A stretch of 64,000 nt of DNA, from positions 1,856,001 to 1,920,000 of the forward strand of contig OZ244653.1 of NCBI GenBank assembly GCA_965218795.1, given 5' to 3'. Below, one piece after another: positions 10,501-19,711 of the stretch (its first letter is position 1; each line of letters starts with the position of its first letter). The DNA comes from a bacterium. GTDB lineage: Bacteria; UBA8248; JACPRG01; G963555815. The position numbers and the translations under genes were made by a program. The notes below the pieces were generated by a model. That model made no database searches, was not told the DNA's origin, and saw nothing but the letters and a program-made list of their open reading frames with translations.

Positions 10501-11259
10501 ATAGCCATTGACCAAATTCTTCCCGACCTGCATCCAGGTGCAGGCAAACCTCGTTACGTGGTGCCCCCCGGATGGGAGAGGAAAAATCGCCAAGGTGACC
10601 ATGACAACACCTGCCTGCAAGGACCAACGAACCTGACGACTGATCATGCGATGCCGTCTCCTCAAGGGTCTGCCGCTCCCTCCTTCACACGACCTGAATC
10701 ATCGTTGTTTGACCCGCTCTTCGTGTTTGATGAAACTGTACCAGCCCACAGCATCCTTTGAGGTCCCAAAGCGCGATCGCCAAGTGCTCTTCGGACGGTT
10801 CCTGGTCACCGTCACAGGGCGTCGAAATTTTCCCCCGGTGTTCGACAAAATAACATTTGCCGCTGTCCGAGCGGCGCGGGGCGCATCGTTTCAGTTCTTT
10901 GTACTCGCCGCAAAGCGCGTTCCGATCAACACTGGAAATGGCCTCGGCGAGCCGAGTTGTGGGCCACTTTTTGTTGAAAAGAATATTGAAATCGCTTGGT
11001 GAGAAGCTCGAGATTTTCCCACTCCTTCCTCAGTGCGGCGATCCGTTGCCTTTCCGCTTGGAAGGCGATTCGGAACGCGCTCGGAGATCACGGGCCGATC
11101 GTGTCGCTCAATCGCCGGACAGCTCCAATCCCTCGGCACGCAGCGGCCTTACGGGTCGATGACGGTGTGCAGGGCGCAAGTGCCCATCGGGATCCCCGCG
11201 GAGTTTTTTTTCACAACCCGGACGATCACGTTTGCGTCGCAGCCGCCCGCGTTAGCAGC

Positions 11260-11504
11260 TTGCAGATGGTCATGATCGGTCGAATCCAGTTGGTTCTCGA
11301 TGATCACCGCGCGGTTGGTTCCGGTGTCGCGAGCCAGCAAATCCAGTGACAATGTCCCGACCTGGGCTTCGCTGGATTGCAGTTCGAGTTCCAATCCCAA
11401 GGCGGCGCCAAGTTCCGATACATGGTCCCGAGCCAAGGAGTGAAATCGGCGGCCTCACGGAGGTCGGCCGTTTCGATGCGACCAAGTCCCGCCGTTTCCG
11501 TCAT
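11260..11504 (-). pseudogene. DUF4268-associated / NucS-like PD-(D/E)xK nuclease, N-terminal fragment
   Basis: LGRIETADLREAADFTPWL/...LGLELEL...SLDLLARD...VIIENQLDSTDHDHL; frameshifted and truncated. Confidence 0.7.
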
Positions 11505-11577
11505 TGTTCTCTCTCTCCCTTTCGGTTTTTTATCGAACGCATGCGGCCTGTAGCCGGGTGCTTCTCGACGGCCGGGT

Positions 11578-11949
11578 TCATTTCGAGGCATCTTCCAAGA
11601 TCGTCGCCTGGGTCTCCCGGGCCGCCTTTATCATCTCGTCGAGCTCGTCGCCGCGCCCTTCGCGGAGCATTTCATCGCGCTTGAGGGTCGCAACGATGTA
11701 CGTGCTTCGATAGATGCGCTCGATCAGCGCGACGATTCCGGGCGGAATGGCGGCTGATTTGCCCTCGGCTGCATCCAGCGCCGCCATGCGAACGTACTCG
11801 GCGGCGGGCATTCCGCGCCGGACCGCGGCGCTTTCGACCAGTTCCCACTCGGGACCGGAGAAGCGAATCGTCTTTGGTGTTCGGGTATCGCCGCGTTTTT
11901 CCTCCTGCCGTGCTCCGATTTCCGACGGGTTTCGGGCGTCTCCACTCAT
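11578..11949 (-). CDS. Ribbon-helix-helix protein, probable TrwA-like relaxosome accessory factor (paralog 1)
   Basis: PKTIRFSGPEWELVESAAVRRGMPAAEYVRMAAL (beta-helix-helix); RBS AAGGAGCAAAA; transcribed away from the adjacent nic site. Confidence 0.7.
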   Translation of the reverse strand: MSGDARNPSEIGARQEEKRGDTRTPKTIRFSGPEWELVESAAVRRGMPAAEYVRMAALDAAEGKSAAIPPGIVALIERIYRSTYIVATLKRDEMLREGRGDELDEMIKAARETQATILEDASK

Positions 11950-12045
11950 GATTTTGCTCCTTCTGGCGCCGGGTCGGGTCGGGAAGGGATGGATTTTCTG
12001 CGGTAAATCCATCAGTTCCCGGGTTCATCGTGCATTCGGTGGCGA

Positions 12046-12290
12046 ATGCTTATTAGCATACGCGCTGGAAATCCCCTAGTCTCGTCGTATGCCGTTCAGC
12101 ATCCACATCGCCGAAGTGCAGGGAATTCAAGGGGTTTCGCCGATGCTGATCAGCATCGCCTCTGTCCAACAACATGGAGGGGTCCAAAGCGTCGAATGCG
12201 CACAGGAATGCAGGACAAGCGCGCGCATGGAGCGCAGGGCACCCCAGGTGCGTGGGGTGTGAGAGTAAAAGCGCCGACCGGCGTCCGACA
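12046..12290 (+). promoter_or_regulatory. oriT: MOBF-type origin of transfer, copy 1 (predicted nic 12260/12261)
   Basis: GCACC-CCA-GGTGC hairpin overlapping TGCGTGGGGTGT^G (the F plasmid nic core); three ATGCY-N4-AGCAT palindromes and an IHF-like site upstream. Confidence 0.8.
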
Positions 12291-12520
12291 GACCAAAATG
12301 CGAGGAACGAGCGAAGAGGGGATCTCCGCGGGCGCGGGACGCGCGGGGGAGCCGCCGCGGCGATTGAGCGGACGGCCGTGCGGAGCATGGTGCATGGAGC
12401 AGTGCGGGACGGAGTGAGCAGTGGGGTCCGCACCGGTGCGGTGCGAAGTGCGGCGGGCGGTGCAAGGAAGGAAGAACGGGCCGCGCCGCCGAAGCGACGC
12501 GACCCGCGAGGTCGTGCGGC

Positions 12521-13444
12521 TTATGCCGCGACGCGCTGGACCGGGATCCCGAGCTTGCGCGCCTTGTCGACCAGATTGTCCGTGATGCCCGAACCCGGGA
12601 ACGCGATGACGCCCTTGGGGAGGAGATCGAGCAGCTCGTCATTGCGCCGGAAGGGAGCCGCGCGTCCGTGTGCGTCCCAGTCGGGCTTGCAGACGATCTG
12701 ATGGACGCCGTTGCGGTCCGCCCACTTGGCCGCGATCTTCTCGACGCCGGGGCCGCCTCCGTGGACCAGGACCACGTCGTCGTACTTGGCCTTGAGCCTC
12801 TCGAGGGTGCGGATGATGGCGCCTGCGTCGCCGGCCTGCTTGCCGCCTGCCACCGCCACGAGGGTTCCCTGGGGCAGGAGCGCCTTGTTCTCGCGGTCCC
12901 TGCGGGCACGCTGGAAGTCGCGGGCATCGATCATGGCCGAAGTGAGCTTGCCGGTCTGGCTGGTGTGGGACCCGCGCCGGGGCCGCCAGAGGTCTCCGGT
13001 CTCGACCCGGTAGGCCTCGGCCGCGGTGTCTCTGAGCTGCTCGAAGGCGTCCCGCCGGTCCGTGAGGTTCTTGGTTCGGTCGGTGACGAGTTCGAGCTCT
13101 CGGGACTTGAACTCGGAGCCGTCCTGCTCGCGCTGGAGGTCGCGCATCTCGGGTACGAGCCTGTCGGCCGCGCGGTCGAGGCGTTGGGTCTGGGCGTCGA
13201 GCATGTTGACGAAGCCCCAGAGCAGGCTCTCGCGTTCGTCGGCGAGCTGCGTTCCGTCTGGCCCGACGCCCAGTGCGAGGATGCGGAAGGCTTCCGTGAC
13301 GGCGGAGAGGGCGTTCTCCGGGTCCCAGACCTCCCGGTTGTCGAATTCGTCGCGCTCTGGAGTTGCGCCGAAGAGAGCCGCCTGGTCGCAGACGGTGGCG
13401 GTGACGGACTGCGCTTGCGCTTGGATGTTGTCGATATCGTTCAT
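12521..13444 (-). CDS. DUF2493 (YspA/SLOG family) domain protein
   Basis: C-terminal VAVAGG...VLVHGGGPGVEKIAAKWA...KPDW..HGRAAPFRRNDELL...IAFPGSGIT; RBS AAGGAG before ATG 13444. Confidence 0.85.
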   Translation of the reverse strand: MNDIDNIQAQAQSVTATVCDQAALFGATPERDEFDNREVWDPENALSAVTEAFRILALGVGPDGTQLADERESLLWGFVNMLDAQTQRLDRAADRLVPEMRDLQREQDGSEFKSRELELVTDRTKNLTDRRDAFEQLRDTAAEAYRVETGDLWRPRRGSHTSQTGKLTSAMIDARDFQRARRDRENKALLPQGTLVAVAGGKQAGDAGAIIRTLERLKAKYDDVVLVHGGGPGVEKIAAKWADRNGVHQIVCKPDWDAHGRAAPFRRNDELLDLLPKGVIAFPGSGITDNLVDKARKLGIPVQRVAA

Positions 13445-14099
13445 GATGCTCTCCTTATGGATTGAGTGTAGAGAACCGTTACGGTTCGTTGTGCGGAGAG
13501 AGTCTCCGAACGTGATGGTTGAGTGGCCCACGCGCGCGCAGCAAAGCCACCGCGGCCGCAAGGCCTGGCGCGGCGAGTGGCGCGAGTGGTGCGGGCGCAC
13601 AAGCGACCGCAGGGAGCGCGGAGCCTCGGTCGCGTTTCTCGGCGCGCCTAGGCGCTTTTGCGCCGTAGCCTTGCGAGCCAAGGCCGGAACGGAGCGTAGC
13701 GGAGAGTAGGACCCCTTGGGGGTTGGCGCAGCGAGCACGTGTGGGACAATGGTCCATCACGTCGGGAGGAGTAGTGTTTGTTAGCCACTGGCGTGGACGC
13801 CCTGGGCGGTTCCGGAATTGAGATCCGGGTCTCGGGCGCCGGCCCGGCAAGCGGAGATTGCAGCGGAGAGCCCGGCCCGAAGGGATCGCCCGAAGACGGC
13901 ATGGCCCGTCACCGCAACGGACGCGTATCGACGAGTCGCTCCGCAACCTCGCAGGCGAGATTGCCATCGTGGTAGACCCTCGACGCATACGGGGCGATGC
14001 ACTTGAAAGTGACGGATTGCATGGTGCGGTTCTCCTTCCGTGTTGCCGATGCCCGGGGCCCTCTCTCTCCCTCCTCGCGGCGTTCGCCCCGCTCCCGCT

Positions 14100-15093
14100 C
14101 TTCCCTCCCTCTCTCCGACCCGCTGCGGCGCGGGGAACAGGGCGGCGAGCCGAAGGGCCAGGGCCCGGGGTCCGAGAGCAACGAGATCGTCGTTGAAGTC
14201 GCCGTATTCGGAGACGATGACGTGGGCGGCGACGCCCGCCCGCGCGCAGCGCCGGGCGAGGCGTTGGGCGGCCCGCTCTCCCTCGGAATCGTTGTCCCGG
14301 ACGATGACGAGGCGCGCGACGCCGCCAGGCGGAGCGAAGGCGCCGAGGCTTCCGGCCGAGAGCGCGGCGGCCGAAATGACCCCGGGCGCCGCGGTGACGA
14401 TCGACAGAACGGTCTCGGTGCCTTCGCCGACGAGCAGCGAAGCGGCGGCGGCGGGCCTGCCGAAGCGCACGGCGCGTCCGTGGATGCGGCCGAGCGCCTT
14501 GCGCGGGGCCGCGACGTCCGCCTTGGCGGGCAAGCGCGAATCGAGCCAGGTGCGCTGCACCCCGTGGATGGCGCCGTCGTCGCCGGTCACGGCGGCGACC
14601 AGCGCCGGGAAACGGCGCAGGGAAGAGCCTTCGCGATAGCGAAGCTCGGGATGGAAGCGCAATGCCGGGAACCGGCAGCGCGCGAGTCCGCGGGCGCGGA
14701 GATAGGCCTCGGCATGGGTGCCGTGGATGGCGCGGCAACGCCGCCAGAGGCGGCGGGCCGCTTCCGTTGCGTCGTAGCTCTCGCCCGACGCCGGCGGAGC
14801 CGGCAGGGCGAGGAAGGCCCGGGCCTCGGCGCGCCCGAGCGATGCCGGACGAGATCGAGCAGGTCGCCGTGCTCTCCGGTGGCCGCGTCGGCCCACTTCC
14901 CGGGAACACCGGGACCGTGCAGGCGGACGAAGAGCGAGCGGCCGCGAGCGCCTTCGAGATCGCCGGCGACCCAGTACCGGCCCTGCTTGCGGCCCTGGGG
15001 CAGGTAACGCCGGCACACGGCCTCGGCGCTCGCTCCGAGCGTGGCGGCCATGTCGGCGGCTGGAGATGCGGAACGGGACGATGGGGGCGGCAT
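14100..15093 (-). pseudogene. Zn-binding plus TOPRIM primase-like plasmid protein, frameshifted
   Basis: AEAVCRRYLPQGRKQGRYW...WADAATGEHGDLLDL in one frame, then AEAYLRARG...PALVAAVT...GVQRTWL...LVGEGTET...IVRDND in another; break near 14830. Confidence 0.8.
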
Positions 15094-15287
15094 GACGGGC
15101 CTCCTCTGGATGGACGGGGAACGCCCGATACCGGCCGGCCTTTGCCTCCGGCCGGCGCCGGAGGGCGAAGCGCCGCGCGTAGCGCCGACGCGATGCCCGA
15201 ACGGGTACGGACTCGGAACAGGCGGCAAAAAGAAAGGCCGACGCGCGAAGCGCCGGCCCAGGTAGAGGGAAGAAACGGAATGCGTGC

Positions 15288-15713
15288 TCAGAACGGGATG
15301 TCGTCCATGGGCGCTTCGGCGGACGGCGTCTCTGTCTCCGCGACCGGCGCGCCGTTGCCGTTCGGCTTGTCGAGGAACTGCACGCGCCCGCCCGGAACCA
15401 GCAGGATCTCGGTCGAGAACCGGTCGGAGTCCTCGTCGTCCTTCTTCCAGCGACGGGTCTGCAGCTTGCCAGCCACATAGACCAGCCGGCCCTTCGTCGC
15501 GTGCTTTTCGAACATGTCCACCAGCCCGGGCTGGAACGTCACGACCCGGTGCCACTCGGTCTTGTCGACCCGGTCTCCGGTCTGCTTGTCGATGTAGCCC
15601 TCGTCGGTGGCGATGGACAGGTTGGCCACGCGTCCGCCGCTGGCGAGGTGGTTGACGGTGACGTCGGCGCCCAGGCGTCCGATCACTTCAGCGCGATTGA
15701 GTCCGAAGGCCAT
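15288..15713 (-). CDS. ssb: Single-stranded DNA-binding protein
   Basis: LNRAEVIGRLGAD...TEWHRVV...KGRLVYVAGKLQTRRW...DDIPF tail. Confidence 0.95.
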   Translation of the reverse strand: MAFGLNRAEVIGRLGADVTVNHLASGGRVANLSIATDEGYIDKQTGDRVDKTEWHRVVTFQPGLVDMFEKHATKGRLVYVAGKLQTRRWKKDDEDSDRFSTEILLVPGGRVQFLDKPNGNGAPVAETETPSAEAPMDDIPF

Positions 15714-15790
15714 GACGAATCTCCTTATGGTTAAGGTGTGGAAGACGATGGGTGACGGGAGATCCTCTCTCCCAAGCCCCTTGGTTCACC

Positions 15791-15919
15791 CTAGAAGAGC
15801 GTCTCTCCTTCTTCTCCGGCTTCTGTCCGGATCCTTCGGATGGTGTGGGCATCGAGTCCGATCTCGGCTAGCAGTTCGTCAGTGGTGGTGACATCGAGTT
15901 CGAGGTCACAGTCGAGCAT
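15791..15919 (-). CDS. Small acidic protein (42 aa), below the ORF-track cutoff
   Basis: MLDCDLELDVTTTDELLAEIGLDAHTIRRIRTEAGEEGETLF; AGGAG RBS; directly upstream of ssb on the same strand. Confidence 0.5.
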   Translation of the reverse strand: MLDCDLELDVTTTDELLAEIGLDAHTIRRIRTEAGEEGETLF

Positions 15920-16476
15920 GGGCTGGTCTCCTGTTCCGGGGTTGCCAATTCCCGGCATCGGGACCGGGAGACCGTTCTCCCTCTCCCATGCCGGGCGTTC
16001 GCCCGGCCCTTGCTTCCCTCTAGCTCGAAGGACGGAGACGGAACCCTGGGAGCTCAGAGAGCGCGATGGACGCCGGCAGCCGCTCGCGGACCACGCCGTT
16101 GCGGTCGTTCATGAACGGACAGGCGGAGTGAGTGCGCGGGACCGGGGCGATGCGGCGTGTTCGCGCCTCCCGACCGTCGATGAGGAGCCGGATCTCCCAG
16201 GGTGCGTTTCGAGGTCGTAAGAAGGACAGAAGGCATAGTCTGGGTTCTCCGGCGGGGTGTGTGCGGTGATGTGCAGGTCTACTGTGATCGTTCCGCGATG
16301 CGCGGGGAGCGCGTGGGTAATCGTCCCCCCCGGCAATGGCAATACGGATTCTGGACGGATCCGGGCCGACGATGTGTATTCGGGCGGACGGCAAGCCGGC
16401 TGTACGGACAGGCTCAGTCCTCCTGGGGCGAGCGCTTGTGGACGCGTTCGAGCAAGCTGCCGTCGAACGCCTATGG

Positions 16477-17289
16477 CTACCCCGTGAAGGTCGCCATGGG
16501 TGACTGGTCGCTTATCACCTCCACCTGATCGTGAGACAGCCTTGCGAAGGCCATGCACATGGCCACCTCCTCCCAGCTGTCCCAGGTCCCGTGGTCCTCG
16601 CCCGTGGCGGTCTCGATCACGGTGTAGCGAGGCGGAAGGATCGGAAGGCCCCGGTGCTGGCCCGACCGCACCCAGGACCGATGCGCGCACGGCACGCACC
16701 GCGCCGCTCCCTGCGAGGGTTGGCCGCAGTCCGTGCAACGCCACCTCTCTCGCCTTTGGGCGTAGCGCCTTCGGCTGACCGCGTTCTTCCGTGGATGGCG
16801 CCCGGCCTCCAGGGCAGCGCAGGGACCGCAACGGGAGGCGCCTTCAAGGGCATGTCTTCCACACCTGCCGCACCGGCCCTCGGCCCGCCGGCCGGCATAC
16901 TGCTCCCGTTCGGCCGCCTGCCGGATGTCACGGCAAGCCCGGCAGGTCGTGCCGCCCTCTACGGGAGGACGGTGGCCGCATCGCGTGCAAAGGCCGGCGT
17001 CCCGGAGTGCCCCGAGGCGCTTCCTGCTTCTCTCCCGCCCGATCCTCCGGCGGTCCTTGGGATCCCGGCCGCCGTAGAGCCTGCCTTCGGCCTTGCCCCT
17101 GGCGTACCGGGCGCGCTCGGCCTTGCGCTTCTTCTCGCCGCAGGAGCGGCACAGTCTGCGGTCGGGAGGGAGGGGCTCTCTTCCACATTTGGGGCAGAGG
17201 CCCTGGGCGAGGCGCTCCTTGGTGAGCCGGCGGTAGCGTTCCCGATCTTGCTCGCGGGCCTTGCCTAGGTCCCTGTAGGGCACCGGCAT
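16477..17289 (-). CDS. Basic protein with four tandem CxxC-CxxC zinc-ribbon modules
   Basis: Eight CxxC motifs (CPKC, CRSC, CTRC, CRAC, CGRC, CGPC, CTDC, CVPC) separated by Arg-rich linkers; GGAGG before ATG 17289. Confidence 0.7.
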   Translation of the reverse strand: MPVPYRDLGKAREQDRERYRRLTKERLAQGLCPKCGREPLPPDRRLCRSCGEKKRKAERARYARGKAEGRLYGGRDPKDRRRIGRERSRKRLGALRDAGLCTRCGHRPPVEGGTTCRACRDIRQAAEREQYAGRRAEGRCGRCGRHALEGASRCGPCAALEAGRHPRKNAVSRRRYAQRRERWRCTDCGQPSQGAARCVPCAHRSWVRSGQHRGLPILPPRYTVIETATGEDHGTWDSWEEVAMCMAFARLSHDQVEVISDQSPMATFTG

Positions 17290-17367
17290 GTCCTCCATGA
17301 GGTTGGAATCGGGACGACGGACGACCGGCCGGCGACGGGCCGGCGGGACGTCCCTTGAGAACGCCGT

Positions 17368-17658
17368 TCAGCGCTGCAACATGTTCCGCCAGAGAACATT
17401 GCAGCCCCAGTACTGGACCCCGGAGTTCCGGAGGTTGATTCCGGTTGCAACGATGATCTCGTCCCGCGCGGGCCGCATCTTCCGGACCGCCTGCCGGGAC
17501 ACGTTGGTCCTCGTCCCTCCGTCGCGAAGGGGCCGGATGTCGCCGTCGGCCATGGACCGGAAGCGCTCGATCATGTAGCGGTCGTCATCGAGACCTTGGC
17601 CGAACAGGTGGGTGAGGAAGGTGCTTGCGTTGCCGGGATGGGTCTGGACCGTGCGCAT
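17368..17658 (-). CDS. Hypothetical protein of the mobile element (possibly truncated)
   Basis: RBS AAGGAG; a homologous remnant lies at about 9350-9460. Confidence 0.55.
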   Translation of the reverse strand: MRTVQTHPGNASTFLTHLFGQGLDDDRYMIERFRSMADGDIRPLRDGGTRTNVSRQAVRKMRPARDEIIVATGINLRNSGVQYWGCNVLWRNMLQR

Positions 17659-17779
17659 GGCGCCGTCTCCTTCGGATGGGTGATCGGGAATGGCGAGGAC
17701 GCCCTCTCCCGGGACATCCGTCCGCCGCCCCGCTCACGGCCCGGCTCGGTCTCTTGGCGGTGCACCGCGCGCCAAGGAG

Positions 17780-18230
17780 AACGGCTCACGCGATAGCGGT
17801 CCAGGGTGCGGGGCGACAGGCCCAGGAAGGCCGCCACCTCGCACGTGCTCATGTAGCTCTCGTCTTGCATCACTTCCTCCCTTTGCCTTGTGGGATCGAT
17901 GGGAACCCCCGGGGTGCCGTCCTTGATCGCAGCCCTCACGGCCTCGCGTTCGGCCGGGCTCGAGTTGGCCGCCATCCAGGTGCGTACGCAGTCGAACGTA
18001 TGCAGCGTCGGGGATGATCCGCAGCGCAGCCGCACCACGAAGGATGGATCTCCTACCGGTTCCTCGTCCATGAATGCCAGCACCTTGTCGGCAGTGGCCA
18101 CCCGCACCGCCGCGCCTCTCGCGAGGCGGCCCACGAAATTCGGATTCCCGAGCGCCAGTTCGCCGAAGCGGGTGCGCGTCATGCCGACCGCGGCGATGAA
18201 CGCCTCGATGGCGTTCTCCTGAGTCTGCCT
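17780..18230 (-). pseudogene. Cro-like regulator plus excisionase-like HTH remnant
   Basis: AIEAFIAAVGMTRTRFGELALGNPNFVGRL...ADKVLAFM, then MQDESYMSTCEVAAFLGLSPRTLDRYR, truncated. Confidence 0.6.
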
Positions 18231-18409
18231 GCTGTCCGAAGTAGCGGATTGGGTGTCTGTCGCGGTGTTTATGGGGCAAGAATAAAAAAAGAACGACTAT
18301 CGTTGACAATAGGACTGTATAGGGCACAAGTCATTCGCGACGACACAACCGCGAGGACGTGCGATGGAACGCGACCCGGTACGATAGAAAAATACCAACC
18401 TGCTTTGGT

Positions 18410-19050
18410 ACCGCGGCCTCACCATGCGCGAGGCCTCGCTCTCCATCTGACGCAACGCCTCCTAAATGCACCAGTTCCTGGAACGGGGTATTCCGAAGGC
18501 GCTGGGATTCAGGGCTCGGAGAAGCTCGCCGAGTTGCTCGGCTGCGAGGCCGAGGAGCTGCGCCCGGAGACGATCCCCAAGCGCAAGCCCTGGGCGCGGA
18601 AGAAACGCCCGAAGTCCCCGGAGGCTCCGGCCCAGCTGTCAGCGGTGGTTCCCGAGATGGAGATCGAGGCCGCGCCGGGGTGAGGGTATTCAATGAGGAG
18701 TTCGTTCAGGAGAAAGCGCGCTGGCGGATCCCCGAAGGCATGATCCGCCACCAGGGCGACGCCGTCCCTGAGAACCTGCGCATCCTCCGGGTACGGGGCA
18801 ACTCGATGGAGCCCGAGATGCGCGAGGGCGATCGGCTGCTGGTTGACACCGGAAGGTGCAGGCTGACCACAGGAGAGATGTTCGTGCTCTGGGACAACAA
18901 CGGTCTCGTGGCCAAGCGGGTTGAGGCTCTAAGGAGCGAGCCAAGGCAGCTCAAGCGGCTCTCCGCCAACCCGGACTACGAGTCCTATACCTGCCTCGCC
19001 GAGGATGGCATATCGTCGGCAAGGTGGTCTCTGGGCTCTGCGGAGGATGT
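18410..19050 (+). pseudogene. CI/LexA-like repressor with S24 peptidase domain, with stops and frameshifts
   Basis: GLTMREASLSI*RNAS*MHQFLERGIP...; LRVRGNSMEP...GDRLLVD...LVAKRV...SANPDY; divergent from the cro-like gene. Confidence 0.75.
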
Positions 19051-19711
19051 GATCGTCACACTGGATCAGAGAGGATGGGCAGGATTTCGGACAAGAATGG
19101 GAATATGACTGGTTCCGGACGAAGCCCCAGACATGAAGTGACGGAGTCCCCGACGGATACCCCTGGACGATGGCGCCTCGAAAGCCGATCTCACGGCACA
19201 TCAATCGAAAATGGCGGCGCTCGGCAACGATCTGGCCTTTGAGATCGATTGTATTGAGGACTAGATCGGTGTCCGGGGAGCGGTTCACGTGAATCAGCCG
19301 GACCAAAGGTTTGGTGGGCGTGGGAATCCGAATCTTTCTGGTCAGGCCGTGTCACGGATAGGCGACAACAGCGACTGCAATATAATCAAGGCTGGGGAAC
19401 AGATCCCGCTTCCGTTGGCTGGCAGCATGCCGGCCAAGGCAGGCATCTCGACATCCCGAGATATGATCGATTCTCGTACTTACACAGTGGCCGATGAGAA
19501 GGATCACTCCTTCGGGAAAGTTCGATCCCATGTGACCTTGGAAATTGAGGCGCTAAGCGCCTCAGCGGAGAGAGCGCAGAGCGAGACGATGATGAAAGCG
19601 TCGATTGAACGCCATCGGAAGGACTAACCTGATGCTGTTTCCGTGCGCCTTTGGAGGGAGTCAACCGTGGTATATTCCGCCGGCTTGCTCCAATACCCAG
19701 CCAGGATCCGA

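Larger units (their letters stand above)
12249..15517 (-). repeat. Leading-region module (ssb'-TOPRIM-DUF2493-nic), copy 1 of an inverted duplication
   Basis: Reverse complement is highly similar to 25434-28984, with scattered substitutions and indels. Confidence 0.92.

Noticed and set aside
13445-13738. 98-aa N-terminal extension of DUF2493 (both copies)
   Set aside because: A strong RBS sits at the internal ATG, and the extension reads like translated hairpin DNA.
19050-19640. ORFs upstream of the NACHT gene as a partner effector
   Set aside because: Short, motif-free and patchwork-like; no support for a real gene.
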